Part shown: piece after piece, positions 48,448 to 58,629 of the stretch
Layout of the letters: each line of letters opens with the position of its first letter
Position numbering within the stretch: position 1 is the first letter of the stretch
Assembly (NCBI GenBank): GCA_964441265.1
Contig: CAYYKJ010000007.1
Span: 1-64,000 of the forward strand
DNA: 64,000 bases
Source: an uncultured archaeon
Lineage (GTDB): Archaea; Aenigmatarchaeota; Aenigmatarchaeia; QMZP01; QMZT01
Reading direction: 5' to 3'
Translations under genes and position numbers: made by a program
Notes under the pieces: model-generated
The model's input: the letters and a program-made list of their open reading frames with translations, nothing else
Told to the model about the DNA's origin: nothing
Databases searched by the model: none

Positions 48448-48667
48448 TAGAAAGCATTTATTCACGGTGATTTAGAACAGGCCCTTGATGAAGAGCACCG
48501 TGGTCACCAGGACGGTGAAGCATATGAGGAAGAAAGCCCCCTGAATGAATGCCATCCTCATGAATTCGTTTTCGGTTTTTATTTTTTCCATAGAAACCAT
48601 TCCTGTAGGATTATGGTATTGTATCCCAAGAATATATGATGCTCCTAAAAAAATATTTTTTTTAAAA

Positions 48668-50842
48668 TTATTCTATTCCCTTCCGGGACTTTATCTGGTT
48701 TATCACCTTCTGCTCCAGGTCCTTGGTGAGCGGCTCGTGTATGACGTCTATCAGCCAGTAGAATCCGAGTCCGGAAGTAGAGGACTTCAGAGATGAGTTG
48801 AAACCGAACATGTCCGCCACCGGAAGCTTGGCCTTTATGGTGGTGGTCCCCCTCTCGTCCTTCATTTCGAGTATCTGTCCCCTCCTGTTCTGGACCTCCT
48901 TCATGGCCCCGCTGACCTGCTCCGTGGGGACGTCTATCCTTATTATCTGTTTCGGCTCGAGTATGTACGCCCCGGCCTTTATCATGGCGTTCCTCATTGC
49001 CGACCTGGTGGCGGGTATCACCTGGGCGGGACCCCTGTGTATGGCATCCTCGTGGAGCTTCGCGTCCACGATCTTGATTTTGACGCCGGTGCAGGGCTCC
49101 CTTGCCAGAGGACCCTCGCTCATGGCCTCGGTGAAGGACTGCTTGAGCATCTCCATCACCTCGAGTATGGCCTGAACCCCCCTGGTCATGTCTATGAATA
49201 TGCATTTGTTGTGAATGAGCTTGATCTTCTTGGACTCGTCCCTGTCGAATCCCAGCTCAACCAGCTGGTCCTGAAGTTCGACCATCTTCTTTTTCACTTC
49301 CATGTCCTGGATTTCCCCTCTCATCATCGCCTGGTAGACCTTCGGTTCGAGCGGCTCCGCGACCATGTAGAACCTGTTGTGCTTGTTGGGCGATTTCCCC
49401 TCCACGGGGGACGGGGTCATGGATTTCACGGATTCCCTGTATATGACTATGGGAGAGGAAACGTCGACGTCTATGTTCTCTTCCTTCAGCGGCCTCTCTA
49501 TCTTTGCGTTTATGTGTAGCTCTCCCAGGCCGGAGACCAGGTATTCGCCTGTCTCCTCGTTTATCTTGACTTCAAGGGTAGGGTCTTCCTTTCCGGTCCT
49601 TCTGAGGAACTCGATGAGCTTGGAGAGCTGCTTGGGGCTCTTGGGCTCTATGGCCTTGGTCACCACGGGCTCGAATATGTGCCTTATGGACTCGAAACTG
49701 GGCATTTCGTTGTCCGGATCGCTTATGGTTTCCCCGGAGTATGCCTCCTTCAGTCCCACTATACCGACTATGTTGCCCGCATCCACTTCCTCCATGTTGA
49801 CCCTCTGCTGGCCCTTGTAAACGGAAACCTGCTGGAGCTTTTGCGTCTGTTTGCTCCCGACAAGCAGGACCTCTTGGCCGGTCTTCATCTTCCCGGAGAA
49901 TATCCTCACCGTGGCCACGTAACCGGCATGCGGGTCGGGGTAAAGTTTGGTCACGACTCCCGCCAGCTTACCGTCAGGATCGCATTTCATCATGTCCTTG
50001 GCAACTTCTGATTCGTTGCTCCCGGGCCATATCTTCGGGATCCTGTAGGCCTGGGATTCGAGAGGATCGGGGAGGTGCTTGATGACCATGTTGAGGACTA
50101 TCTCGTGAAGGGGGGCTTTCTCTGCCAGCTCCTTCTCCCCCTCCGCCCCCTTCTCGGTCATCTCTATTATGTCCTTGAAGCTCATCCCCGTCTTCTTCAT
50201 GAAGGGTATTGAGATGGCCCAGTTCTTCACGGCGGATCCGAATGCAACGCCGCCGTCGTTGACGCTGACCATCCATTTGTTCTTGTATTCCTTCTCGGCG
50301 TATTTCTGTATGAGCATGTTGACTTCGGTTATTATCTTCTTGAACTTTTCCTGCATATCCTCGGGTGTCAGCTTTAGCTCCTTTATCAGCCTGTCCACCT
50401 TGTTTATGAAAAGTATCGGCTTCACCCGCTCCTTGAGGGCCTGCCTGATGACCGTTTCGGTCTGGGGCATGCACCCCTCCACGGCGTCTGTGACCACCAC
50501 AACGCCGTCGACGGCCCTCATTGCCCTGGTGACATCTCCCCCGAAGTCCACGTGGCCTGGGGTGTCTATGAGGTTGATGAGATACTTTTGTCCCTCCCAG
50601 TCGTGCACCATTGATACGTTTGCAGAATAAATCGTTATTCCCCTTTCCTGTTCCTGCTCCACGAAATCCATCGCCAGCTGCTGGCCGGCAAGTTCGCTGG
50701 ATATCATGCCGGCTCCCGCTAGCAGGTTGTCGGAAAGGGTGGTTTTTCCGTGATCTATATGGGCCACTATTCCTATGTTTCTGATCTGCTCGGGCTTCCT
50801 CATCAGTTCCTTGACGAGAAGATTCATGTTTTCCTTGGTCAT
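48668..50842 (-). CDS. fusA: elongation factor 2 (aEF-2)
   Basis: IRNIGIVAHIDHGKTTLSD G-domain; 724 aa; a diphthamide-region His is present. Confidence 0.95.
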   Translation of the reverse strand: MTKENMNLLVKELMRKPEQIRNIGIVAHIDHGKTTLSDNLLAGAGMISSELAGQQLAMDFVEQEQERGITIYSANVSMVHDWEGQKYLINLIDTPGHVDFGGDVTRAMRAVDGVVVVTDAVEGCMPQTETVIRQALKERVKPILFINKVDRLIKELKLTPEDMQEKFKKIITEVNMLIQKYAEKEYKNKWMVSVNDGGVAFGSAVKNWAISIPFMKKTGMSFKDIIEMTEKGAEGEKELAEKAPLHEIVLNMVIKHLPDPLESQAYRIPKIWPGSNESEVAKDMMKCDPDGKLAGVVTKLYPDPHAGYVATVRIFSGKMKTGQEVLLVGSKQTQKLQQVSVYKGQQRVNMEEVDAGNIVGIVGLKEAYSGETISDPDNEMPSFESIRHIFEPVVTKAIEPKSPKQLSKLIEFLRRTGKEDPTLEVKINEETGEYLVSGLGELHINAKIERPLKEENIDVDVSSPIVIYRESVKSMTPSPVEGKSPNKHNRFYMVAEPLEPKVYQAMMRGEIQDMEVKKKMVELQDQLVELGFDRDESKKIKLIHNKCIFIDMTRGVQAILEVMEMLKQSFTEAMSEGPLAREPCTGVKIKIVDAKLHEDAIHRGPAQVIPATRSAMRNAMIKAGAYILEPKQIIRIDVPTEQVSGAMKEVQNRRGQILEMKDERGTTTIKAKLPVADMFGFNSSLKSSTSGLGFYWLIDVIHEPLTKDLEQKVINQIKSRKGIE

Positions 50843-50920
50843 TTCAAATCACAATTTCTTTAATTTGTAGATAATATATATAAATGTTAGCAGCGAGAAT
50901 CAGCAGGCGTCCGGGAAGGA

Positions 50921-51520
50921 TTATCTTGCCCCTTCTGCTTCCCTCTCTATGCGGCTCCTCTCCCTCACCACCGGATTTTTCTGGTCGTTGTTGGCAATCG
51001 CTATCAGCTCGTCAGCGATGACCTCAGGGAACTTCTTCTTTTTCTGGAAAGAGGAAGCGAAAATGTTCTGCGCTATCAGGCGGAGCGAGATGTCCAGCCT
51101 TCTCTGGGGCGTGGTTATTACGGCCTTCCTGGCTATTATACCCCCGAGACGGTAGCCCATTACCTCCTCGAGCAGCGCCCCGTTCTCGACTGCCTCCACC
51201 AGGACCTGCACCGGATTTTTTTTCGTTTTCTTGTATATTGTCTCAAAGGCTTCCTTGACCGCGAGGTAGACGTTCTGGTACCCTCCGGTTACATGCCTGG
51301 AGGTGATCTTGTGCCTTTTTCCCCTGTGGCCGGGGACCCTCAGCTTGTTTATCAGCCTCTCCACTATGCTCATCTGTTTCTTGTGTATGGAGGGGGTTAT
51401 CAGTTTTCCCGATGATTTTGGCACTATGAAAGGCCTGACGTTGACGTATCTTTTCAGTCCCGGGTCATTTACCTTGACGCCGGAGACGTCCCACCGGTTG
51501 AAAAGCAGAATCTTGTCCAT
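50921..51520 (-). CDS. rps7: ribosomal protein S7 (uS7)
   Basis: S7 pattern …LINKLRVPGHRGKRH…AIENGALLEE…. Confidence 0.9.
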   Translation of the reverse strand: MDKILLFNRWDVSGVKVNDPGLKRYVNVRPFIVPKSSGKLITPSIHKKQMSIVERLINKLRVPGHRGKRHKITSRHVTGGYQNVYLAVKEAFETIYKKTKKNPVQVLVEAVENGALLEEVMGYRLGGIIARKAVITTPQRRLDISLRLIAQNIFASSFQKKKKFPEVIADELIAIANNDQKNPVVRERSRIEREAEGAR

Positions 51521-51521
51521 T

Positions 51522-51953
51522 TTATCCTTCCTTCTTCTCCTTCTTCCCCTTCCTTATTTCGTCGAGTGATACGCCGTTGACGGCTATGACCTTGTATTTT
51601 ATGCCGTGCATGGAACCCACAGCTCCTCCCTGGGACCCGCCCAGACCCGCTATAAGAACCTCGTCGTGCTCGTCTATGTGCTTTATGGCGCCGGTCTTGG
51701 GGACGAAAGCGGTGACGTGTATGCCGTTCTTGATTATCTGGCACCTCACGGTCTTTATTATACCCGAGTGGGGCTGCTTCTGCTCGACTCCCTTCTTCTT
51801 GAGCACCAGCGCCCTGGCCAGAGGTGATCCCTTCATGGGCCTCTCCTGCCACAGTTTCAGCTTCTTTCTCTTGTACTGGTCGGAGTTCCATCTGAACTTC
51901 TTCCTCTTCTTCTTCAGGTTCCTTGCGGAAAATTGTCCTGTCATTTTGATCAC
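51522..51953 (-). CDS. rps12: ribosomal protein S12 (uS12)
   Basis: KKPHSGIIKTVRCQIIKNGIHVTAFVP…GGAVGSMHGIKYKV. Confidence 0.85.
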   Translation of the reverse strand: MIKMTGQFSARNLKKKRKKFRWNSDQYKRKKLKLWQERPMKGSPLARALVLKKKGVEQKQPHSGIIKTVRCQIIKNGIHVTAFVPKTGAIKHIDEHDEVLIAGLGGSQGGAVGSMHGIKYKVIAVNGVSLDEIRKGKKEKKEG

Positions 51954-52354
51954 TTGAGCTTGAGGTTGTTTATCTTGAAATGCCTCTTGAGGAATTCCCT
52001 CACTATCTTTATGTTCCTGCCGTTCCTGCCTATCACGGTTGATCTTTCGCTGGCAGGTATGGTTATCACGACCGAATCTCCCTTGATATCAAGGGTCTTG
52101 ATGCTCGGTATCATGCTCCTGAGCAGTCCCTCGGGCGTTTCGGCGTACTCGAATATCTTTATGGATTTTCCGAGCGTCCTTTCCACGATCTTTATGGTCG
52201 AGCCGTTCTTTCCTATCGCCAGTCCCATCTTTCCCGGCTCTATGAGGAAATAGGCGCAGTTTTCGTCGATGAGACAGTCCCTCACATGCACGCCGGTTAT
52301 CTCCTCGAAGGTTCCGACAGCCCTTATGTGCTCGGTGTTCAGTTTAACTCCCAT
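51950..52354 (-). CDS. nusA: archaeal NusA-like termination factor (two KH domains)
   Basis: IGKNGSTIKIVERTLGKSI and IGRNGRNIKIVREFL KH GxxG motifs. Confidence 0.8.
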   Translation of the reverse strand: MGVKLNTEHIRAVGTFEEITGVHVRDCLIDENCAYFLIEPGKMGLAIGKNGSTIKIVERTLGKSIKIFEYAETPEGLLRSMIPSIKTLDIKGDSVVITIPASERSTVIGRNGRNIKIVREFLKRHFKINNLKLK

Positions 52355-52358
52355 GATT

Positions 52359-52622
52359 TCACTTTTTTATTCCTAGTATTGTCACGTTGAAAGGTTTTCC
52401 GCAGAACTCGCCAAGCTGCCGCGAGTTCCCCTTGAACGTTTCCGATCCGATACCAAAGTTTTTATTATAGTAATTTAAATTCCTTTTCACGCTTTCCGGT
52501 GCGTTCGAAGCGTATATTATCAGCTTCAGACCCGACTGTTTCGCTGTCCTCTCAACAGCCCGGCTTCCCATCACTGTTTTTCCCTCTTTCATCGCTTCCT
52601 TTATGGTTTCCTTTACTTCCAT
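52359..52622 (-). CDS. rpl30e: ribosomal protein L30e
   Basis: KTVMGSRAVERTAKQSGLKLIIYASNAPE…GNSRQLGEFCGKPFNVTILGI. Confidence 0.85.
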   Translation of the reverse strand: MEVKETIKEAMKEGKTVMGSRAVERTAKQSGLKLIIYASNAPESVKRNLNYYNKNFGIGSETFKGNSRQLGEFCGKPFNVTILGIKK

Positions 52623-52632
52623 GAAATTTCAC

Positions 52633-53025
52633 CTAATAAATATAACCCAGCAGGACGCCTCCGATCCCGTCCTTCCCGGCCTGTCCGTGCTCCATGACTC
52701 CCTTGGATGTGGAGAGGAACATGAGCCCTATGTTGACGGCGGGAAGATATCTCTTCTCCCACTTTATCATTTCGTCCTTCTTTATCTCGAAACGGGGCCT
52801 TATCACCCTGCAGTCGTTTATCCTTCCCACGAGCTCTATCTTGAACTTTCCGCTCTTCCCGTCATCTATGAATTCGAAGTTGCCTATGTATTTCTTTTCC
52901 TTCATTATTCCGAGTATCTTCTTTATGAGCTTGGTGGCCGGAACCATGCACATCCTTTTCCCTATCGTTTCCGCGTTCTTTATCGTGCAGAACATGTCCC
53001 CGAGTATATCATGTCTCATAATCAC
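52633..53025 (-). CDS. rps8: ribosomal protein S8 (uS8)
   Basis: DILGDMFCTIKNAE…KILGIMKEKKYIGNFEFIDD. Confidence 0.85.
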   Translation of the reverse strand: MIMRHDILGDMFCTIKNAETIGKRMCMVPATKLIKKILGIMKEKKYIGNFEFIDDGKSGKFKIELVGRINDCRVIRPRFEIKKDEMIKWEKRYLPAVNIGLMFLSTSKGVMEHGQAGKDGIGGVLLGYIY

Positions 53026-53028
53026 ACC

Positions 53029-53259
53029 TCATCTGAATTTCCTGAATCCGAGTTTCTCGGCAATCTCCCTGAAGCATTGCCTGCAGTAGCGGAGACCGTA
53101 CTTGTTTATCACGCCTTCGGTCTTTCCGCATCTCCTGCAGGGGGTGACGTTCCTCCCGAACTTCCTGTCTTTGGGCTTGTTGAACTTCATGAACCTGTCC
53201 ATCTTCACTTTCTTCCCCTTCAGCTGCTTTTTCGCGTTTTCGAAAGTCATGCCAATCAC
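53029..53259 (-). CDS. rps14: ribosomal protein S14 (zinc-binding type)
   Basis: [25 protein letters not shown]. Confidence 0.85.
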   Translation of the reverse strand: MIGMTFENAKKQLKGKKVKMDRFMKFNKPKDRKFGRNVTPCRRCGKTEGVINKYGLRYCRQCFREIAEKLGFRKFR

Positions 53260-53774
53260 TCAGCCCCCTTTTCGGCTATATCAACATCAAATTCCTTTTT
53301 TACCCAATCCATTGCTTCATCGGGCTTTATCCTGTGGGATTTCCCGACTTTTTTCGGCATTATGCGCCTTTTCTTGATCCTGTAGCCCTTCCTCTCAAGG
53401 GTGGCGCATACGTCCATTCCCATTATGTCTATCTCCGGGTCGTATTTTATTCCCGGGAGGTGTATGTATTCCTTCACCCCCACGGAGAAGTTCCCGTTCC
53501 TGTCGAAGCTGGATGCCGGCAGCCTGTTCTCGATGCTTTTCAGGGCGTCCTCTAGGAATGCCCTCGCTTCCTTTCCCCGGAGGGTGACCTTCACTCCTAT
53601 GGGCCTTCCTTTACCTCCTCCGAAACTGGTCCTTTTTTTTCTCTTCGTGACGGTCATTTTCCCGCCCGACAGCTTTGACATGAGCTTTTTGGCGGTTTCC
53701 AGTTTGGGACCGGCCTCTCCTGCCCCTATGTTGATCGTGACCTTCTCCAGCATTATATTTTTCATCGGATTCAT
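53256..53774 (-). CDS. rpl5: ribosomal protein L5 (uL5)
   Basis: [12 protein letters not shown]…[15 protein letters not shown]…[15 protein letters not shown]. Confidence 0.9.
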   Translation of the reverse strand: MNPMKNIMLEKVTINIGAGEAGPKLETAKKLMSKLSGGKMTVTKRKKRTSFGGGKGRPIGVKVTLRGKEARAFLEDALKSIENRLPASSFDRNGNFSVGVKEYIHLPGIKYDPEIDIMGMDVCATLERKGYRIKKRRIMPKKVGKSHRIKPDEAMDWVKKEFDVDIAEKGAE

Positions 53775-54448
53775 TTGAATTCACCTACGAGAATGTAATC
53801 CTTAACCGTCTCTATGTCCCCTTCATTCGTCTCTATTATGGTCCTGTTGACCTCGAGCATGTGCTTCTTCTCCTGGATTTCCTTTATCTTTCCCTTCAAT
53901 CCGAGGTTCCTTCCGGAAACGATCATCACCTTCGCCCCCTTCTCGAATTTGAAGTGCTTCATGATCTTCTGCTCCGGCAGCTTGATCAGCAGGGAATCGC
54001 TGGTCTTGTAGGAGCTCTTGCCGACCAGTATGTTCCTCCCGTCATGAAGACTGAGCTGGATCTTGCCTCCGTTGACCAGCTTCTTGTTCTTTATCCTGCA
54101 GAGCTTCTGCCCGGAGTCAGAGGATTTGATTTCCTGGAGGGCAAGCCCTTTCCTGTCCACGGTGACCCTGAAAGACTTCTTCATGGCCGGGAACTCCAGC
54201 ACGTCCATCAGACCAACCGGGAAATTGGGGTCTTTCCTTTCCTTCTTGTCCACCAGGACTCCGCCGGATTTTATTATCCTGCCGGCTTCCCCCGCATTCT
54301 GGGCCATACCCATGACGTTCCTGATGATCACGGTCAGCGGTATGCAGCTGCCGATGGGATGCGGTCCCGCCCTCGGCCTGACCGCGAACTTGTTTCCCTT
54401 TTTTGCAACCTTCCAGTATGAAGGAATCACGTATCTCTTCAGATGCAT
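53771..54448 (-). CDS. rps4e: ribosomal protein S4e
   Basis: MHLKRYVIPSYWKVAKKGNKFAVRPRAGPH… with S4/KOW domains. Confidence 0.9.
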   Translation of the reverse strand: MHLKRYVIPSYWKVAKKGNKFAVRPRAGPHPIGSCIPLTVIIRNVMGMAQNAGEAGRIIKSGGVLVDKKERKDPNFPVGLMDVLEFPAMKKSFRVTVDRKGLALQEIKSSDSGQKLCRIKNKKLVNGGKIQLSLHDGRNILVGKSSYKTSDSLLIKLPEQKIMKHFKFEKGAKVMIVSGRNLGLKGKIKEIQEKKHMLEVNRTIIETNEGDIETVKDYILVGEFK

Positions 54449-54449
54449 A

Positions 54450-54857
54450 TCAGCTCTTTACCTCCGGTTTCTTTGATCTTGATCTTTCCACAACCATCTG
54501 CCTTCTCTTGTCGTCCATGTCCGGCTCCACTATTATCAGATTGGACGGGTTAACCGGCCTCAGGACCTCGGACCCGTCGACCTTCTTGACATTCACGCCC
54601 TCTATGTATACCTTCGAATTCTTCAGGTCGATCCTGTCAATCTTTCCCTTGGTTCCCTTGGACGATCCCCTGATAAGCTTCACCTCGTCTCCCTTCCTCA
54701 GGGGGAGCGATCTCCTTTCGAACCGGTTCCTGAGCGCGTCGGATAGGTGGGCGCTCAAGAATTTGTGCCTGGTGTGGGTGGGAGCGTTGTGCCTGAACTT
54801 CCTCTGCTTCCTCGGCTGGACGCTCGAATTCCATTTGTTTGACCATTCCTTCTTCAT
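54450..54857 (-). CDS. rpl24: ribosomal protein L24 (uL24)
   Basis: KOW motif LRKGDEVKLIRGSSKGTKGKI. Confidence 0.85.
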   Translation of the reverse strand: MKKEWSNKWNSSVQPRKQRKFRHNAPTHTRHKFLSAHLSDALRNRFERRSLPLRKGDEVKLIRGSSKGTKGKIDRIDLKNSKVYIEGVNVKKVDGSEVLRPVNPSNLIIVEPDMDDKRRQMVVERSRSKKPEVKS

Positions 54858-55256
54858 TCAGATCACCATGCTCGCTATCTTGCCTATGGCAGGGAACCTT
54901 TCCACTGCTTCTCTCGCTATGGGGCCCTTTATCTGGGTCCCCTTGGGATCGCCGTTCTCGTCGACCGCCACGGCCGCATTGTCCTCGAAATAAACGTAAA
55001 TTCCCTCGCCCCTCCTGTATTCCCTTTTCTGCCTGACTATAACGGCCCTGTGCACCTCGTGCCTGACCTTTTCAGTACCGACCCTGACCTTGCAGAAGAC
55101 CAGCGATCCCACGCCCGCCCTTGGCTTTGCCCTCCGGTTGGTCTTGTAGCCCTTGACTGAGATTATTTCCAGCATCTTGGCTCCGGAGTTGTCTATGCAT
55201 TTGAGCTTTGTTCTGGGTGTGAAGCTTTTCTGTACCCTGGATGACATTCCCTTCAT
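54858..55256 (-). CDS. rpl14: ribosomal protein L14 (uL14)
   Basis: KLKCIDNSGAKMLEIISVKGY…. Confidence 0.9.
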   Translation of the reverse strand: MKGMSSRVQKSFTPRTKLKCIDNSGAKMLEIISVKGYKTNRRAKPRAGVGSLVFCKVRVGTEKVRHEVHRAVIVRQKREYRRGEGIYVYFEDNAAVAVDENGDPKGTQIKGPIAREAVERFPAIGKIASMVI

Positions 55257-55624
55257 TTCTTTTCACCCTTCTTTTGGACGACCACGAAATGCTTGGTCTT
55301 AGAAAAAGGCCTGCACTCGGCTATAACGACTCTTTCCCCTTCCCTGGCGTGTATGCAGGGGGGGTTGTGCGCGGAAACCCTGGATTTCTTCTTCTCGTAC
55401 CTCTGGTATTTGGGGATGAATTCGTGGTATCCCCAGGATACCCGTACGGTGTTGTGGGACTTGGCCGACTTCACAATACCCTCGAAGACCCTTCCCCTGA
55501 CTGGCATTTCCCCGTGCCATGGGCACCTGGGATCCTCGCACTTCGCTTCAGGCGGCTTGATGCCGAGCCCTATGTCATTTTTCATACTAATTCCATTATC
55601 CAACTTATTTAAATACATTAACAT
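55253..55624 (-). CDS. rps17: ribosomal protein S17 (uS17)
   Basis: RGRVFEGIVKSAKSHNTVRVSW…HAREGERVVIAECRPFSKTKHF; probably starts at an internal Met. Confidence 0.85.
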   Translation of the reverse strand: MLMYLNKLDNGISMKNDIGLGIKPPEAKCEDPRCPWHGEMPVRGRVFEGIVKSAKSHNTVRVSWGYHEFIPKYQRYEKKKSRVSAHNPPCIHAREGERVVIAECRPFSKTKHFVVVQKKGEKK

Positions 55625-55695
55625 TACAGACGATTAACGGATTATATATTAAGAGGGTTAAATATTTAAGTAGTTTTGCGGTTTTCAGGTGAAAC

Positions 55696-56292
55696 ATGAT
55701 AAGGGCGGTAATATTCGACATGGGTGGAGTGATGGTCAAAAACAAATCAGAGGCGGTTTTCAGCAGACTCGCAGAGAAACTGGGCGTCGATCCCGCTTCT
55801 TTGGACGATTTGCGAAAGGAAAATTACCGGGAGATGCTGATAGGGGAAAAATCTTCGAGGCAGTTTGCAGAGATGATCAGCCGGCGTTTTAATCTCAGTG
55901 CCGATGTTATCGGGGAATGGAAGAAATCCTATTTAGAAGTGATGCCGGTAAACGAAGATCTTGCCGAGATGACTGGGAGCTTAAAGAGAATATATAAAGT
56001 GGCGATTATTTCGAACGTCCCTGATCTGCATGCTGACATTAATAAAAAGAGAGGCGTTTTTTCTCATTTCGAGCCGGCATTGATATCCTGCGACGTAGGT
56101 ATGGCCAAGCCCGATAGGGGAATATTCGAACTCGCCCTGGAAAAACTGGACATGAAAGCTGAAGAATGCATTTTCATCGACGATCGCGAGAAGTTTCTGA
56201 AGACTCCGGAAGAGATGGGCTTCCGCACGATACACTTCCGGAGCAACGGGCAATTGAAGAAAGATCTTGTGAAACTCGGGGTTCAGATTTAA
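55696..56292 (+). CDS. HAD-superfamily hydrolase, subfamily IA
   Basis: Motif I FDMGGV, motif II S/T (ISN), motif III K…, motif IV DD. Confidence 0.75.
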   Translation: MIRAVIFDMGGVMVKNKSEAVFSRLAEKLGVDPASLDDLRKENYREMLIGEKSSRQFAEMISRRFNLSADVIGEWKKSYLEVMPVNEDLAEMTGSLKRIYKVAIISNVPDLHADINKKRGVFSHFEPALISCDVGMAKPDRGIFELALEKLDMKAEECIFIDDREKFLKTPEEMGFRTIHFRSNGQLKKDLVKLGVQI

Positions 56293-56333
56293 AAGAATTC
56301 ATTCCCATTCTATACCACCGGGAGAGGGGTGAC

Positions 56334-57830
56334 ATGTTTTCTGAGGAAGACCGGAAGATTCTGGAGAATCACGTGACCAGTATAGACGGGGATATATACG
56401 CGATTTACAACCTCCCTCCCGAAGTGGTCGCCGTTCTTTTCGCCTACGTCTCCCGCTCGCCGGCGAGCTTCAGGGAGAACCTGCTCAAGCTGATAAAGAG
56501 CAGGGACCTCGACATGGGGGAACTGATCACCAGTTTCCGGAGGAAGGGGATGGATTACGGGGAGGCGAAGGAGAAGGCCAGGAAATTCCACGAGAAATGG
56601 GTCGTTGGATACGGCCACTCCTCCGTGGCCGAGCACGCCTTCGCAAGCATAGCCATAGAGAACGTGTCCATTCTCGCCACCAAGGTGATCGAGGACAACC
56701 GCCTGGCCTCCTACACCGAGAAGTCCACCAGATACCAGGTTTTCGACAGGGACAGGTACTACAAACCCGGAAGGATCATGGATTCGGAATTCTCCGGGGA
56801 GTATGAAGACTTCTGCAATTCACTTTTCGGTTTCTACACGGAAAACATGCCAAAGGTGATCGGCCATTTCAAGAAGGCCCATCCGAAACCGGAGGACATG
56901 AGCGAAAGGTTGTACGAATCCGTCTCCAAGGCGAGGGCCTGCGACGTCATGAGGTATGCCCTCCCGGCGGCCACCCTGACGAACCTGGGCATGACCATAA
57001 ACGCCCGCTCTCTGGAGCACGCCATCCGGAAACTGCTCTCCCATCCCCTGCGGGAGATGAACGAGACGGGGAAGGGAATCAGGGGGGAGGTCACCAAGAT
57101 CATCCCCACACTGGTGAAATACGCGGACAGGAACGAGTATATCGCTGAAACGAACAATGCGATGAAATCCTTCGGGATGGGCGGGGATCGGGAAGAGGGG
57201 AAGGCGGTCTCGCTGGTGGAATACGACAGGGAAGCGGAAGAAAAGCTCGTCTCGGCTATCCTGTACAGATATTCAAAAAGGTCCTATGGTCAGATAAAAG
57301 AATCGGTTAAAAAAATGCCTGCGGGAGAGAAGGAGGAAGTGATCGATGAGTTCCTGAAGAGGATGGAGAAGCACGACATTCCCATGCGTGAGCTGGAGCA
57401 CGTTTACTACACCTTCGACATCCTGTTGGACTACGGGGCATTCAGGGACATACAGCGCCACAGGATGTGCACCCAGACAAACCAGGAGCTGGGCACGGGT
57501 CATGGATATTCGGTACCCAAGGAGATGGAAGAGGTCGGGATAAAGGAAGGATTCACGGATCTCATGGAAAGGGCCAAGGAGCTGTTCGGTAAGATTTCAA
57601 GGAAGTTCCCCAAGGAGGCGCAGTATCTGGTCCCTCTCGCCTTCCGCAAGCGCGTTCTGATCACCTGGAACCTCAGGGAGCTGTTCTATTTCGTGCGCCT
57701 GCGCTCCGGCAAGGGGGGCCACGAATCCTACAGAAAAATCGCCTGCCGGGTATATGATGAGCTCGAAAAGGTTCATCCCCTTATGGCGAAGTACATCACG
57801 GTAGAAAGAATTAATGGTCCTGCAAGGTAG
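56334..57830 (+). CDS. tandem ThyX-like (flavin-dependent thymidylate synthase family) protein
   Basis: Half 1 has GHSSVAEHAFASIAIENVS…DNRLASYTEKSTRY (RHR replaced by DNR). Half 2 has FRDIQRHRMCTQTNQ (RHR present, SxRY missing). The ORF track starts at 56166, overlapping the HAD gene; Met 56334 is more likely. Confidence 0.5.
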   Translation: MFSEEDRKILENHVTSIDGDIYAIYNLPPEVVAVLFAYVSRSPASFRENLLKLIKSRDLDMGELITSFRRKGMDYGEAKEKARKFHEKWVVGYGHSSVAEHAFASIAIENVSILATKVIEDNRLASYTEKSTRYQVFDRDRYYKPGRIMDSEFSGEYEDFCNSLFGFYTENMPKVIGHFKKAHPKPEDMSERLYESVSKARACDVMRYALPAATLTNLGMTINARSLEHAIRKLLSHPLREMNETGKGIRGEVTKIIPTLVKYADRNEYIAETNNAMKSFGMGGDREEGKAVSLVEYDREAEEKLVSAILYRYSKRSYGQIKESVKKMPAGEKEEVIDEFLKRMEKHDIPMRELEHVYYTFDILLDYGAFRDIQRHRMCTQTNQELGTGHGYSVPKEMEEVGIKEGFTDLMERAKELFGKISRKFPKEAQYLVPLAFRKRVLITWNLRELFYFVRLRSGKGGHESYRKIACRVYDELEKVHPLMAKYITVERINGPAR

Positions 57831-57928
57831 TTATTCCTCTATTCTTTCGATGATCTCTTTTGGATTGTCTGCGAAGTGGATAAATTCTCTCTCACTTTTC
57901 CCTGTCATTTCTTTAACACTTCCCTGTT

Positions 57929-58210
57929 TTACCACTTCTTGAACTTCTTCTTTATCCTGTCCTCGGGCCGGGATATCATGACCTCGCCCCTGACCGATAC
58001 CCTCCTCCCGCCGGGAAGGATGAAAACGAATGTGCATTCCCCCTTCGCCAGCGTGGCTTCCTTCCCGTTGTCTTTCTCTATTTTCAGGGTGTTCCTGGTC
58101 TCGTCGATTACCCTGCCCCTTATCCCCACGGATTTTGGGTTTCTGGCCTCCTTGACCTCTATTTTCAGGCCGATCAGCTCGTGGCGGACCAGATTTTCAG
58201 GGGTGATCAT
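57929..58210 (-). CDS. rnp1: RNase P protein subunit Rpp29/Pop4
   Basis: LIGLKIEVKEARNPKSVGIRGRVIDETRNTLKIE…. Confidence 0.75.
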   Translation of the reverse strand: MITPENLVRHELIGLKIEVKEARNPKSVGIRGRVIDETRNTLKIEKDNGKEATLAKGECTFVFILPGGRRVSVRGEVMISRPEDRIKKKFKKW

Positions 58211-58262
58211 AGGAATATCTTGATCACCATACTAAAAAATGCATTCTTCCCCGGGTGTATAC

Positions 58263-58568
58263 TTATCTCACTTCAACATTCTTCTCCGGAAATCCGAGCT
58301 TGGCGAGAACCTTCTTTATCTGCCTGCGGTGGTCGCCCTGGAGTTCTATGGTGTCCCCCTTCATGGTCCCCCCGCACGCCAGCTTTGTCTTCAGCTGCTT
58401 GAGGAGGAATTTTACGTCGACATCCCTGCTTATTCCGGATATCAGCGTTATCCGCTTTCCGTATCTCTTTCTGTCGGAGGTTACCCATATCTTTTCCTCT
58501 TCCTTTGCCACCACGTCGCAGACGCATATGCTCTTGTCAAGTCCGCATTTCTTGCAGATTTCACTCAT
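58263..58568 (-). CDS. sui1: translation initiation factor aSUI1 (eIF1)
   Basis: KRYGKRITLISGI…KLACGGTMKGDTIELQGDHR. Confidence 0.85.
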   Translation of the reverse strand: MSEICKKCGLDKSICVCDVVAKEEEKIWVTSDRKRYGKRITLISGISRDVDVKFLLKQLKTKLACGGTMKGDTIELQGDHRRQIKKVLAKLGFPEKNVEVR

Positions 58569-58629
58569 CTTTTTGTTTCACCTTCCGTTCTAAAAAAAGA
58601 TTTTCCCGAACCTTGGAATCTGGAGCTGG

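Noticed and set aside
48645-49205. 186-aa minus-strand ORF inside the EF-2 gene in another frame
   Set aside because: His/Gly/Arg-rich; EF-2 frame is unambiguous.
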